Below, one piece after another: positions 8,985 to 19,099 of a stretch of 64,000 nucleotides of DNA (position 1 is the first letter of the stretch; every line of letters begins with the position of its first letter). Made by a program: the position numbers and the translations under genes. The notes below the pieces were generated by a model. It saw nothing but the letters and a program-made list of their open reading frames with translations. It had not been told where the DNA came from and searched no databases. The stretch is taken from IMG/VR virus record IMGVR_UViG_3300020578_000006, positions 165,718-229,717 of that record; one strand, given 5' to 3'.

Positions 8985-10310
8985 ATGTTAAACAAATTAA
9001 TAGAAAATACCTTTAAGAACACACGTTTAAAGCGAGTTAGGGTAAAGTCTGATCCGTCAATACCGCCTGTGTTTGGATATGAAAATGTAAGCTGTTTTGA
9101 AGGTTATGTACTTGAGGAATGTGGTGAAGGTATGGTGAACGTTTATATTATAAATGCTCCACCAGCAGCAGATCCTATCCAGCAAGTAAGTGTAGCGCAA
9201 TTAGAGCCGGTTGAAACAATATCTGCTACTCCTCAAATTTCAGATATAAAAACAGCACTTTTAAGAGCCTTAATCAAAGCAGGTCATGGAGAAGAGACCC
9301 CTGTCTATAATCAGATTAGAAATACTAGTAGTATAGATTTTATAAAAGCTTTTTTAGCCCAAGCCAATATTAGTATAGAGGATTTAATGGCAATTAATAA
9401 TGAAAGCACTCTTCTGCCTTCTCCTTCAGCTGATGAAGATGTAAAAATTAAAAATAAAGCAGAAGATATATTTGGAACCCGCGAAGGTAAATTTGATAGG
9501 TTATTAAAGGCTACGGGTAAAGGTTTAAATCTTTTAACTAAAACAGTAGGTGCAGGTGCAGAGCTGGTCCTAGGAAAGGATAATATAGTTGCAAGAGTTA
9601 ACAGGTTTTTAAAATCTTTTGAAATAGGTGATCTTGTTGATATTAAAAAAGTAACCGATAGGGCTAGAACAAAGGACTATTCACATTTACCTTACAATAA
9701 TGAACCTGTTGTAATAACAGGCTTACCAAAGTTATCTTATCAGAAATATAATGAGGTTAAATACCAATTAATGGGTAGAATAAAAAATGTAAAGCTTTCC
9801 ACCGACGGTATAATGTATGTTGTTGGGGATATACAACCAGAGTTAAATAAGATAAAAAAAATATTGTTAGATTTTACCTATCTTGATAACCCTTCTAAGG
9901 TAGGCAAAATTATTTTTGAAGATGTTGAGGGGGCAAGATTTTACAATAGGGGTACTATTGTATATTCTAATAGTGTGTGGTTGGTCAAGTTAGGTTCTCT
10001 AAACATTAACGATAAAACATCGGAGAATAAGAAAGATAATGCTTTCATAGCGGCCTCAATAAATCTTCTTAAAGAATCTTTAGGCACTAATTATGACGAT
10101 TTGGCTAGAAGACCAGATTACAGTCTTATAGTAATTGAGGTTGCTATAGAGCTTAAGAAGCATAACCCGGAGACTATGGCGCAAATTGGAAAGTTTTTTA
10201 AGGAATATCTCCCCAAACAAGAAGAATATTTTAAATTATCAACAGATGAAAAGATAAATAGTATTAGAGGTTATTTAAAAAAGTTTAAGGAAACAACAAA
10301 TGCCATCTAA
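8985..10310 (+). CDS. Hypothetical late protein
   Basis: 441-aa ORF; TAAATA upstream; starts MLNKLIE. Confidence 0.55.
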   Translation: MLNKLIENTFKNTRLKRVRVKSDPSIPPVFGYENVSCFEGYVLEECGEGMVNVYIINAPPAADPIQQVSVAQLEPVETISATPQISDIKTALLRALIKAGHGEETPVYNQIRNTSSIDFIKAFLAQANISIEDLMAINNESTLLPSPSADEDVKIKNKAEDIFGTREGKFDRLLKATGKGLNLLTKTVGAGAELVLGKDNIVARVNRFLKSFEIGDLVDIKKVTDRARTKDYSHLPYNNEPVVITGLPKLSYQKYNEVKYQLMGRIKNVKLSTDGIMYVVGDIQPELNKIKKILLDFTYLDNPSKVGKIIFEDVEGARFYNRGTIVYSNSVWLVKLGSLNINDKTSENKKDNAFIAASINLLKESLGTNYDDLARRPDYSLIVIEVAIELKKHNPETMAQIGKFFKEYLPKQEEYFKLSTDEKINSIRGYLKKFKETTNAI

Positions 10311-10527
10311 AACAGAAAAACAGAAGAGATTTTTTGGTGCCGTTATGGGGGCGAAGAAGGGTCAGTCTAAAGTTTCCGGTAAAGCAAGAGAAGTTGCCAA
10401 AGAAATGCCTAAAAAAGAAATTAAAAAGTACTTAAAAAAAGAAAATTTTGATAATGTGGTTAATCATTTACTAGAGAAATTCTTTAAAGAAGGTATGACA
10501 TTAGAAAAGAATTACACCTGTAAATAG
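10300..10527 (+). CDS. Small basic hypothetical protein
   Basis: QKRFFGAV..AKKG motif, recalled as recurrent in T4-like phages. Confidence 0.55.
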   Translation: MPSKTEKQKRFFGAVMGAKKGQSKVSGKAREVAKEMPKKEIKKYLKKENFDNVVNHLLEKFFKEGMTLEKNYTCK

Positions 10528-10589
10528 GCTAAAGAAAAGAATTGTGATTGTGATGGTTGTTCAGATTGTATCGAAAATCAGTCTAGCGC

Positions 10590-10623
10590 TTGATTTATCA
10601 CTATAAGTTAATATACTATATAG
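10590..10623 (+). promoter_or_regulatory. Sigma70-type promoter of queD, leaderless arrangement
   Basis: TTGATT-16-TATACT-6-ATG. Confidence 0.7.
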
Positions 10624-11277
10624 ATGTCATTTCAATTTGAAAGTACAAAAATTATTGATTTAGGTAGTTGTGCGTTTAGACAATGGAGAGCTGATAGTCA
10701 TTGTAAGTTTATTCATGGCTACAGGCTGCAAGCTAAATTCTGGTTTGGTTGTAACAATTTAGACGAAAAGAATTGGGTTGTAGATTTTGGAGGTTTAAAG
10801 CAATTAAAATTAACTTTAGAGAAACAGTTTGATCACACATTATGCATTGCTGGTGATGATCCTTTATTAGAAGATTTTAAAAACCTACATAACAAAGGTG
10901 CTGTTGATTTAAGAATTATGCCAACAGGTGTAGGTATAGAGCGTACAGCACAATGGTGTTTTATAAATGCTGACATTATTATAAGATCCCAGACAAATAA
11001 TAGATGTTGGGTTGAAAGAGTAGAGGTATGGGAGCATGATAAAAATTCTGCTATTGTAACGCGAGACTATGTTACAGTACCACAACATGATCCTTATGTT
11101 TCAGAGAAACATAATGCAGAACAATTTGAACTACCTTTTCAACCACAGGCTACCACGGTTGCTGCTCCTGCTCCAGAGATACAAAACGCAGTTACAAGGA
11201 GTAATGCAGCTGCGGTCGGTAATGAAATGTCTACCGGTTGGGGCAATCCATTTGGTGGTACTAGCTGGGGTTCTTAA
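10624..11277 (+). CDS. queD: 6-carboxytetrahydropterin synthase (QueD/PTPS) with C-terminal extension
   Basis: CAFRQWRADSHCKFIHGY, VVDFG, FDHT, GIE motifs. Confidence 0.9.
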   Translation: MSFQFESTKIIDLGSCAFRQWRADSHCKFIHGYRLQAKFWFGCNNLDEKNWVVDFGGLKQLKLTLEKQFDHTLCIAGDDPLLEDFKNLHNKGAVDLRIMPTGVGIERTAQWCFINADIIIRSQTNNRCWVERVEVWEHDKNSAIVTRDYVTVPQHDPYVSEKHNAEQFELPFQPQATTVAAPAPEIQNAVTRSNAAAVGNEMSTGWGNPFGGTSWGS

Positions 11278-11998
11278 TAGTCTTAACTATAGAAACTATA
11301 AACTTTAGTAGCTTGCTCCTGGTAATATCGTCTTCGGTAAAGTGAAACGTTTCAATACCATGTTCCTTGCTGTTTTCACAACTGAAAGCTTTCATAAAAC
11401 TCTGAAAGCCAGATTTAGGAATATCAGATTGCAAGGAATCACCAATAACAAATAACTTACAACCCTTACCAAATCTAGTTAGAATTGTTGTTAATTCATT
11501 ATGCTCTAGATTTTGTGCCTCATCAACAATTACCACATTGTTGGAAAACGTTGCTCCTCGTAAAAAATTAACAGGTATACATTTTAAATATTCATTCTCA
11601 AAGAGTATATTAGCTATTTGCTTACCCACAAGCTCATCACATTTTTCTACTAATGGTATGCTCCATGGCTTAAACTTATCGTCTACCTCCCCCGGTAAAC
11701 TACCTAGTTTTCTAGAAGCTGATTCAACAATACTCCGTATATACACAATTTCATCTGCCTTTCGCTCTTTAAGTAATGTTAAGGCAACATACACAGCAAG
11801 ATATGTTTTTGAGCTTCCTGCTGGTCCATCTGCAAAAATGATGTTTGTTTTATCATCAAAAGCCTTCTCTGCAAAAGCTTTGTGATGTTCATTTAAATGA
11901 AACTTTTGATCAATTTTAAAATTTAGAAGAATATCAGACTTAATGAGTTTTTCTTCAAATTTAGCAGCCTTTCTGGCTGCTCTAGCCATCTTAGACAT
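11261..11998 (-). CDS. phoH: PhoH-family ATPase
   Basis: GPAGSSKT, FLRGATF, VDEAQN, LTRFG, GDSLQSD. Confidence 0.95.
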   Translation of the reverse strand: MSKMARAARKAAKFEEKLIKSDILLNFKIDQKFHLNEHHKAFAEKAFDDKTNIIFADGPAGSSKTYLAVYVALTLLKERKADEIVYIRSIVESASRKLGSLPGEVDDKFKPWSIPLVEKCDELVGKQIANILFENEYLKCIPVNFLRGATFSNNVVIVDEAQNLEHNELTTILTRFGKGCKLFVIGDSLQSDIPKSGFQSFMKAFSCENSKEHGIETFHFTEDDITRSKLLKFIVSIVKTIKNPS

Positions 11999-12023
11999 CT
12001 GTATTATTTATTCAAAATCTACA

Positions 12024-12057
12024 TTGATTAATGCAAAGTTAACCTTATAATAATACT
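12024..12057 (+). promoter_or_regulatory. Sigma70-type promoter of queE, leaderless arrangement
   Basis: TTGATT-16-TATAAT-6-ATG. Confidence 0.7.
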
Positions 12058-12804
12058 ATGTCTTTAGATACAACAATATTTTTAAGTGATGATAAGGTTT
12101 TTTATACAATAGAAGGGGAAGGCGAATATGTAGGTCACCCATCGGTGTTTATGAGATTATCGATGTGTAATTTAACGTGTAAAGGGTTTGCTTCTGCTGA
12201 TTCACCTCACGGGTGCGATAGCTTTATAAGTTGGTCAGTAAAAAATCATTTTAAAATTAAAGACATTTTAGATTTACTGGATAATGAGGGGTATACAAAG
12301 CATTTACGTGAAGGGGCCATCTGGAAGATTACAGGGGGTGAGCCTCTAATTCAACAGAAAAACCTATTAGAACTGGTTAGAGAGTTTGCTAAGCGTAATG
12401 GGTTTATACCAAAAATAGATTTTGAGACTAATGCAACTATTCAACCTTTAGATGACTGGACAGCATACCGGGTAACATATACAACCTCTCCAAAGCTATC
12501 TAATAACGGTGACCCAGAAGAAAAGCGCTATAAACCTGCCGTACTTAAATGGCACGTTAGTGCCGGTTCCGGATTCAAATTTGTAATTAACGAGCAAAAA
12601 GACTTAGACGAAGTATATGAGAAGTATATCAACCACCCAGATATATTGTTGCCAAGACATAGAGTATGGTTAATGCCGTGTTGTGGTAGTAGGCAAGAGC
12701 ATACAGAAAAAGCTTCTATGGTAGCAGAATTATGTAAAACACATGATATGAAATTTAGTCCAAGGTTGCAGCTAGTAATTTGGGATAAAGCATTAAAAGT
12801 ATAG
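12058..12804 (+). CDS. queE: 7-carboxy-7-deazaguanine synthase (radical SAM)
   Basis: FYTIEGEG, Cx3Cx11C cluster motif, ITGGEPL, ETNAT, SPKL, SPRLQ. Confidence 0.9.
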   Translation: MSLDTTIFLSDDKVFYTIEGEGEYVGHPSVFMRLSMCNLTCKGFASADSPHGCDSFISWSVKNHFKIKDILDLLDNEGYTKHLREGAIWKITGGEPLIQQKNLLELVREFAKRNGFIPKIDFETNATIQPLDDWTAYRVTYTTSPKLSNNGDPEEKRYKPAVLKWHVSAGSGFKFVINEQKDLDEVYEKYINHPDILLPRHRVWLMPCCGSRQEHTEKASMVAELCKTHDMKFSPRLQLVIWDKALKV

Positions 12805-12837
12805 TTGATTTTTTATACTCTTTATTTAAATTAACTT

Positions 12838-13035
12838 ATGAACGTAAACATCGATGTAACTATTTCTGGTGAAAATGGTGGTGATGAATCATTTAGAGTA
12901 CTATTAAATCAGGATGAACTTACCAATATTATTAAAACTGAAGGTCTAGAAGCTGGTAATAAGGCATTAGATACTTTTGTAGATAAGTTTGTATTGCAGT
13001 TTAAGTCTAAGCTTGCTTCTGTTATCAATCGCTAA
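12838..13035 (+). CDS. Hypothetical protein
   Basis: 65-aa ORF. Confidence 0.5.
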   Translation: MNVNIDVTISGENGGDESFRVLLNQDELTNIIKTEGLEAGNKALDTFVDKFVLQFKSKLASVINR

Positions 13036-13048
13036 TTATAATAAATAA

Positions 13049-13921
13049 TTGGTGATTCTTAATAAGTTTGATAAGAAAGCAAACGAAATTTTACAAATTT
13101 TACAAGAGAACCCTGCGGCCGCAGCGGTTGCTATACCCGCATTAACTAAAGTGGCCCCGTGGGTAGCAGGTCTTTTTTCTGTATTAGTAGGAACCCTGGT
13201 CGGTGTGGGGGGTGGTGCTTGGGCGCCTCCATTACCGACTCCAACAGAAACAGATGTAAAACCTGAAATAGATAAAAATAAGCCTAAAACATATCCACCC
13301 TTAGTTCCTCCAATACCTTCAACTAATGCACCAGATGTAGTTGGTGGTAGTACCCCTGGGGTTTCTCCAGCACCAGATGTAGTCGGGGGTACGCCTGAAA
13401 TTTCTGCACCGGCGCCAGCAGGTGTAAAAACACCTGATGCAGCACAACCAGTACCAGTAGATCAAGCAGTGCCAGTAGATCAAGCAGTTCCTGTTGATCG
13501 ATCAATTACTAATACTGCACAAAATGTTGGTGCTAAAGAAAAAGAAATTGCTGTAGCCAAAGATGCTGTACAAGATAAAACGGCTGGTCAAGCACCTATC
13601 GTAGCCCCACCACCACAATTAAAATTTTCTAAAACAGGCAATTTTAAATTAGAACGTCCAGAAGAAGGGTTTCCTAACTACCAATCACTAACACCTTATG
13701 CTATGGGACAATCCTATACTGACAACTCTAATCTATCACCTAATAGTGTGTGGAAGCAAGTTATGAAAGGTAAGCAGCCCATAGAAGAGCTTCCCGCTGA
13801 TATGCAGTCCCCTGAAGAAGTGGCCCAAAGATTTAAGAAGTGGAAAGCAGATCAAAAGAAAAGAAAATACGAGGCCCCTGGTGCTTTTGGTGGTTTAGTC
13901 GGGGAACCCAATCTAGATTAA
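13049..13921 (+). CDS. Pro/Ala-rich late protein with short repeats
   Basis: AATAAATA-GTG; hydrophobic segment; PVDQAV-type and APDVVGG repeats. Confidence 0.55.
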   Translation: MVILNKFDKKANEILQILQENPAAAAVAIPALTKVAPWVAGLFSVLVGTLVGVGGGAWAPPLPTPTETDVKPEIDKNKPKTYPPLVPPIPSTNAPDVVGGSTPGVSPAPDVVGGTPEISAPAPAGVKTPDAAQPVPVDQAVPVDQAVPVDRSITNTAQNVGAKEKEIAVAKDAVQDKTAGQAPIVAPPPQLKFSKTGNFKLERPEEGFPNYQSLTPYAMGQSYTDNSNLSPNSVWKQVMKGKQPIEELPADMQSPEEVAQRFKKWKADQKKRKYEAPGAFGGLVGEPNLD

Positions 13922-13946
13922 TTACAATTATATTATAAAATAAGAT

Positions 13947-14642
13947 ATGCGTATAGCTTTTAGCGGAGCCGCTTGTACAGGTAAAACAACAACAATTAGC
14001 GCCTTTTTAGCCAAATGGCCAAATTACAAGTCTCCAGAAACTTCATACAGAACATTAATATCAAATAATAAGCATAGTAAGAGAACAGATAAAAAGATTC
14101 AACGTAGTATTTTGCAGTTTATGGTAGATCAACAAAAAGGATATACCTTACATGATAATATTGTTTATGATAGGTGTGGGCTTGATAACGTAGTATATTC
14201 GCTATGGTGCCATGATAAGGGTATAAAAGGGTTTAACAAGCAATATATAGATGAATCAATAGAACTTGTAAAAGAGAGTATGAGAACCTTGGATATTATA
14301 TTTCTATCAACCAGAGATTTAATGGGACCTATAGTCAATAATAATATAAGAGAAGTTGACCCAGAGTTTGTTATGGAAACTGATAATATTTTTAGGGCTA
14401 TTTACAGTCAGCTTCTATCAACAGGTGCTTCACCCTTCTTTCCTCCTCACGATAGCCCGGGGCTAATTGAACTTAAAGGGACAACAGAAGAAAGAATAGA
14501 TCTTATTAGTATGTATATTACCCCAGAAGGTAGTATGTATGGTGAAGAACAAAGCCTAGTAAATATGGATGAAATCGCCAAAATGGAAAGCCTTCTAAGA
14601 GAACAAAAAGGGTTAGCTGCTAAAGAAAAAGGTATTTTGTAA
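13947..14642 (+). CDS. P-loop NTPase, nucleotide-kinase-like
   Basis: RIAFSGAACTGKTT; VYDRCGLD. Confidence 0.75.
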   Translation: MRIAFSGAACTGKTTTISAFLAKWPNYKSPETSYRTLISNNKHSKRTDKKIQRSILQFMVDQQKGYTLHDNIVYDRCGLDNVVYSLWCHDKGIKGFNKQYIDESIELVKESMRTLDIIFLSTRDLMGPIVNNNIREVDPEFVMETDNIFRAIYSQLLSTGASPFFPPHDSPGLIELKGTTEERIDLISMYITPEGSMYGEEQSLVNMDEIAKMESLLREQKGLAAKEKGIL

Positions 14643-14653
14643 TAAATATCTTA

Positions 14654-14884
14654 ATGTTATTTGATAAAAATTACAATTTTATAATGGAAAGTTTTAAGTC
14701 AATTAAAACCATTCATAGACTGTTTTATCCAAGAAACTTTAATCTATCTGAAGAATTTATAAATTCTTTTCGAAAAGAATATGCAAGGTTAAAGTCAATG
14801 AATATTGATGATAGAAGAATTTTACAGAAAATGATTAAGGCGCTACCCTTTCATAAGGATAACGTAAATATTAATACTCTATAA
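14654..14884 (+). CDS. Hypothetical late protein
   Basis: AATAAATA-5-ATG. Confidence 0.5.
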   Translation: MLFDKNYNFIMESFKSIKTIHRLFYPRNFNLSEEFINSFRKEYARLKSMNIDDRRILQKMIKALPFHKDNVNINTL

Positions 14885-15698
14885 TAACAACCCCGGCTGC
14901 TCCACTACCACCAGCACCGCTTGCAGAACCTCCACCACCGCCGGCTCCCGTATTATCTGAACCGTTTTGACCGCTCACGTTACTACCATTACCACCGCGA
15001 CCGGCTCCTGAGCCCATAAACCCTGGTCCGCCTCGTCCGCCTGCAGCAAACGCCGCAGTACTCCCCGCAATACCATTTTCACCAGAAGAGCCTGCTAAAG
15101 GTATATCACCACCAGACCCTGCTAATCCCCCTGCCCCACCGGCGACCGCACCTCCAGCAGACCCAACAGTGCCACCAGAACCTCCCGGTGCTATAACCTG
15201 TGTTTCTCCTGTAACCGTAAAGGTGGACTGACCGCCTGCTGCAGCTGCAGCACCACCGGCGCCAACCACATAAGAATATGTTTTACCTCTTACATTTGTA
15301 AAATATTTTATGTTTGTACTGCCCCCGCCACCACCACCTCCAGCTCCTGAGCTGCTGGAGCCGCCTCCACCTCCCCCGCCACCTACTATAGTCACCTTAA
15401 TATTGTTAACACCGGCGGGAAATGTTACACCGGATGCTGACCCCCCACCAGTAGGTGCGTATCTAATAACAGTGGTAAACCCTGGTTGGCGAGACTCTAC
15501 CGTAGCACTCAAGGTATTAACCCGACTACTAATAGTGGCTACAGATGTATAAAAACTAGTATTGTTTGGCCCTATTACAAAATCTTTAAAATCTATAATG
15601 TTTGTGCCTGTACTATTTTCAACAATAAGATAATTGCCGTTGACAATTTCCTCTATTTGGTTTAACTCTTTAATATTAACCTTGTTAAACGTCGACAT
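14871..15698 (-). CDS. Glycine-rich virion fibre-like protein
   Basis: N-terminal I.EL...LIV..GT..I anchor-like segment; TFPAGV..VTIVGGGGGGG...GAAGVVIIEY domain; late promoter. Confidence 0.7.
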   Translation of the reverse strand: MSTFNKVNIKELNQIEEIVNGNYLIVENSTGTNIIDFKDFVIGPNNTSFYTSVATISSRVNTLSATVESRQPGFTTVIRYAPTGGGSASGVTFPAGVNNIKVTIVGGGGGGGGSSSSGAGGGGGGGSTNIKYFTNVRGKTYSYVVGAGGAAAAAGGQSTFTVTGETQVIAPGGSGGTVGSAGGAVAGGAGGLAGSGGDIPLAGSSGENGIAGSTAAFAAGGRGGPGFMGSGAGRGGNGSNVSGQNGSDNTGAGGGGGSASGAGGSGAAGVVIIEY

Positions 15699-15758
15699 AT
15701 CAGTTATTTATTACTTTAGATATAGTTGCAATACAATTATTTTTAATATAATAAACGT

Positions 15759-16568
15759 ATGACGGGTGTAGGAATTGTAACATGTAATCGACCGAAATTT
15801 TTTCTTAAATGCTTTAGAACTATTCCCAAAGATGTTGAGCTTGTTGTAGTTAATGACGGTTCGAAATTTGAAGATTGGGAGAGACTATTAAACGAAAGAC
15901 CTTTTAAATTTATACAAAACGAACAAAATCTAGGCGTAGGCAAATCAAAAAATAAGCTGCTTAAAGCGTTGCTTGAAAAGGGTTGCACAGATCTTTTTTT
16001 AATTGAGGATGATATTATAGTTAAAGATCCAGAGGTATTCAATGAATATATTAGAGCCAAAGACATAACAGGTATACAGCACTTTAATTTTGGATATCAT
16101 GGCCCGGCTAATAAGGGAAATATATCCGGTGGTGCACCAACACCTCGATATATTATAGATTACGGTGATATAAAGATAGCATTTAATGCACACAGTGTTG
16201 GTGCTTTTTGTTATTATTCGAAAGCATGTTTAGATAAAGCAGGCTTAATAGATGAAGACTATACAAATGCTTTTGAACATGTTGATCATGATTATAGAAT
16301 TTTTAAAGTTGGTATGGGGGCACCCTACTGGCATTTTCCGGATATAGCAAATAGTATGGATTATTTAGATGAAATAGAATGTTCAGAAAAAAGTAGTGCA
16401 ATAAGACCGAGAACAGATTGGCGGTCAAATATAGAGCACGGGGTAAAGCTTTTCAAAGAGAAGCATGGTTATTTACCCGCTTGGCAAGGTGCAGTTCCAG
16501 ATATGGATGAAAAGAAAGTTAGAAGAATTTTAAAAGACCTGCAACGCTTTTACGCAAAGAGAGATTAA
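15759..16568 (+). CDS. GT2-like glycosyltransferase
   Basis: VVVNDGS, FLIEDD, FEHVDH. Confidence 0.85.
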   Translation: MTGVGIVTCNRPKFFLKCFRTIPKDVELVVVNDGSKFEDWERLLNERPFKFIQNEQNLGVGKSKNKLLKALLEKGCTDLFLIEDDIIVKDPEVFNEYIRAKDITGIQHFNFGYHGPANKGNISGGAPTPRYIIDYGDIKIAFNAHSVGAFCYYSKACLDKAGLIDEDYTNAFEHVDHDYRIFKVGMGAPYWHFPDIANSMDYLDEIECSEKSSAIRPRTDWRSNIEHGVKLFKEKHGYLPAWQGAVPDMDEKKVRRILKDLQRFYAKRD

Positions 16569-17453
16569 ATGCCAGCTAATAAAAAGATTGCTTTCGGGGT
16601 AAATTTGTTCGGTAAATCAGTTCGAACTGATTTATGTATAGAATCACTTCTTGTAGTAAAAAGCAAATATCCAGATATTATAGACTTATACAATATTCAA
16701 TTTGAAGACAAAGCTATCAAAGGTAGAGAGCATCCGGGTATAAAAACCCTATTTGTATTAAAAGAATCTAATAAAGACTATGTAAAAGAATCAACACGGA
16801 CTATACCTATGTTGAGAGAAGTTTTTGATAAATTAGCTGATTTAAATTATGAATATTTTGCATTTACTAATGATGATATTATAATTTCGGACAGACTAAT
16901 AAAAGTTTTCTTAGAGACAGACTACGATTCATGGCCAGCGAGTAGGCTGGCCATTGAGCCTATTTTTACTTTATCTGAACCAATTTCAGGCGATCATTAT
17001 CAGGTTGCAGGTTTTGATACATTTATTTTTAAGACTTCTTGGTGGAAAAAGAAACGATTAGAGTTTCCGAATTATATCCTAGGCCATCCTTGTTGGGATG
17101 TACATTACGCTACATTATGCTTAAGGCATGGAAAATCTAAATTCTGTAACGACTGGCCACCACCCACCTTTCATATAAAACACGGCGGGGGAGATCAATA
17201 CTCCACACTGGAAGTAGATTATAATAATAGTTTATACTGGGTACCCTGTAGATTTGATGTTGATATGTGGCATCACTACCTCTTTAATGTCTTACTAGTG
17301 AGACCAGGTATAAATTATTGGACGCCGCATAAAAATGAAGCTGAATTAGAGAAGGTCTGTTTCAATGATACTTGGTTTAAAACGAATTATTGGTCTTATT
17401 CGGGTGCGCAAGCAGCTGCACAAGCACAACTTTTAAAAAGTTTCTACCAATAA
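16569..17453 (+). CDS. Putative GT-A glycosyltransferase
   Basis: FAFTNDDII acidic motif; cluster context. Confidence 0.55.
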   Translation: MPANKKIAFGVNLFGKSVRTDLCIESLLVVKSKYPDIIDLYNIQFEDKAIKGREHPGIKTLFVLKESNKDYVKESTRTIPMLREVFDKLADLNYEYFAFTNDDIIISDRLIKVFLETDYDSWPASRLAIEPIFTLSEPISGDHYQVAGFDTFIFKTSWWKKKRLEFPNYILGHPCWDVHYATLCLRHGKSKFCNDWPPPTFHIKHGGGDQYSTLEVDYNNSLYWVPCRFDVDMWHHYLFNVLLVRPGINYWTPHKNEAELEKVCFNDTWFKTNYWSYSGAQAAAQAQLLKSFYQ

Positions 17454-18310
17454 GTTCCACCCTCAATCTTCATATAACCCTCCGGCGTCTCTTCAGCAGA
17501 AGGCCTTACCCAGGCATTATTATAAAAATGATTAAAAATTCTCATTTGTTCCCATCTTTTACCTTTTATACCAAATAACATTTGAAGTGCCCCGCCTAAA
17601 TGTACTGCTTGTTTATTCATATTTTTGGCAAAAGCTGCTAGCGGTAATGATGATGCGCCTGTACCTATCAATGCTACATCGTAATCAGCTTGAAACATTT
17701 GATATTTGATATCATCGATCATTTCTTTCCATGTTAGATATTTGTTCTTATCACCAGTAATAGCCTTACTTGTCGGGTGAAAAATTGTTTTTAAATCAAA
17801 TTGCGGGAGTACTTCCGGATTTCGCCAGATACTCAATCTATTTGAATATTGTTTTTTTATCGTTTCGGTAAAAGGGCTTATAACCAAAACTCGCTTATCC
17901 TTTAGAAGACTAGTCCAAGGCAATCCATGATAAAAAGATTCTAATGATTGAAGATCAACCAATACACTGGAAGGATTTCTGCTTTTTATAAATCTTAGTT
18001 CAAAATCCCCTAATCCATTATTCCAAGGTGAAATAATATCTGTAGCTGTTACCGCGTCGGATAGTTGTTCACAAAAATATATTCTAGCCTCTTCTGTCTG
18101 AGGAAAGACCCCAGCATTAACAAAAATTTCATTTACAACTGTCGGGTTCCAGGAAATTGGGCTTTGATTGTGATGTTTGGCAAAAAAATAATTGTACGCA
18201 CACATTAATTCGGCATTACCTATCTTACCTATACACAACGGTTTACCAGTTTTTAAAGCCTCATATATTTCCACACCGCCTTCCAAAAAGTTTAACACTT
18301 TAAAATCCAT
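17444..18310 (-). CDS. Glycan-biosynthesis-associated protein (GT-D-like)
   Basis: GKIGNAE, KRVLVISPF, DVALIG.GA..LPLA, HLGG..Q.LFGIKGKRW. Confidence 0.55.
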   Translation of the reverse strand: MDFKVLNFLEGGVEIYEALKTGKPLCIGKIGNAELMCAYNYFFAKHHNQSPISWNPTVVNEIFVNAGVFPQTEEARIYFCEQLSDAVTATDIISPWNNGLGDFELRFIKSRNPSSVLVDLQSLESFYHGLPWTSLLKDKRVLVISPFTETIKKQYSNRLSIWRNPEVLPQFDLKTIFHPTSKAITGDKNKYLTWKEMIDDIKYQMFQADYDVALIGTGASSLPLAAFAKNMNKQAVHLGGALQMLFGIKGKRWEQMRIFNHFYNNAWVRPSAEETPEGYMKIEGGTYW

Positions 18311-18367
18311 ACTTTATTTTAATGTATATATCATTGAAATCCATTGATTATGATATAAAATTAATAA

Positions 18368-19099
18368 GTGAAGACTGTACTGGTAAGCTTTGCAAACGAG
18401 CGTTTTTTTCGCAGTCAAGGCATGTTAGTTGAATCTGGTAAAAAGTATTTTTCCGGACATGCCTCTTATACAATAGACTTGCTCAATAATGAATTTAAGG
18501 ACAAAAATAAGCATATCTTACAGCAACCTAGAGGGTGTGGTTATTGGCTATGGAAACCATATATTATACTCAATACATTAAACCTTCTCAAAGACGGTGA
18601 TTTGGTGTTTTATGTAGATAGTGGTAATTTAATAATAAATGATCCAAAGCCTGTAATAGATCTTTGTTTAAAAGAAGAAACCGGTATTTTATTATTTGAG
18701 AATAGAGATGGTGCACCCCCAGGGACAATATGGAAAAATTACATGTGGACAAAATATGATTGTTTTGAACGTATGGGCTGTACAGGTGAAAAATATACAG
18801 AGGGCAATCAAATAGATGGTTCATACATCATAGTGCAGAAGAATAAGTTTTCTGTTAAGTTTTTTAACGAATATTTAAAATGGTGTGAAACTGATGAAAT
18901 TATTACCGATTTGCCAAGCAAAAAGCCAAACCACAAAGATTACAAAGACCACAGGCACGATCAATCCATTCTTTCGCTTTTGGCTATTAAGTATAATATT
19001 ACTTTAGCAAGAGAACCATCTGAGTGGGGTAATTCTTATATAACTGAAAAATATGATTACCCTCAATTATTTCAACATCATAGAGGTTTAATATGTTAG
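18368..19099 (+). CDS. Putative glycosyltransferase
   Basis: GYWLWKP, YVDSG, HRHDQSILS. Confidence 0.65.
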   Translation: MKTVLVSFANERFFRSQGMLVESGKKYFSGHASYTIDLLNNEFKDKNKHILQQPRGCGYWLWKPYIILNTLNLLKDGDLVFYVDSGNLIINDPKPVIDLCLKEETGILLFENRDGAPPGTIWKNYMWTKYDCFERMGCTGEKYTEGNQIDGSYIIVQKNKFSVKFFNEYLKWCETDEIITDLPSKKPNHKDYKDHRHDQSILSLLAIKYNITLAREPSEWGNSYITEKYDYPQLFQHHRGLIC

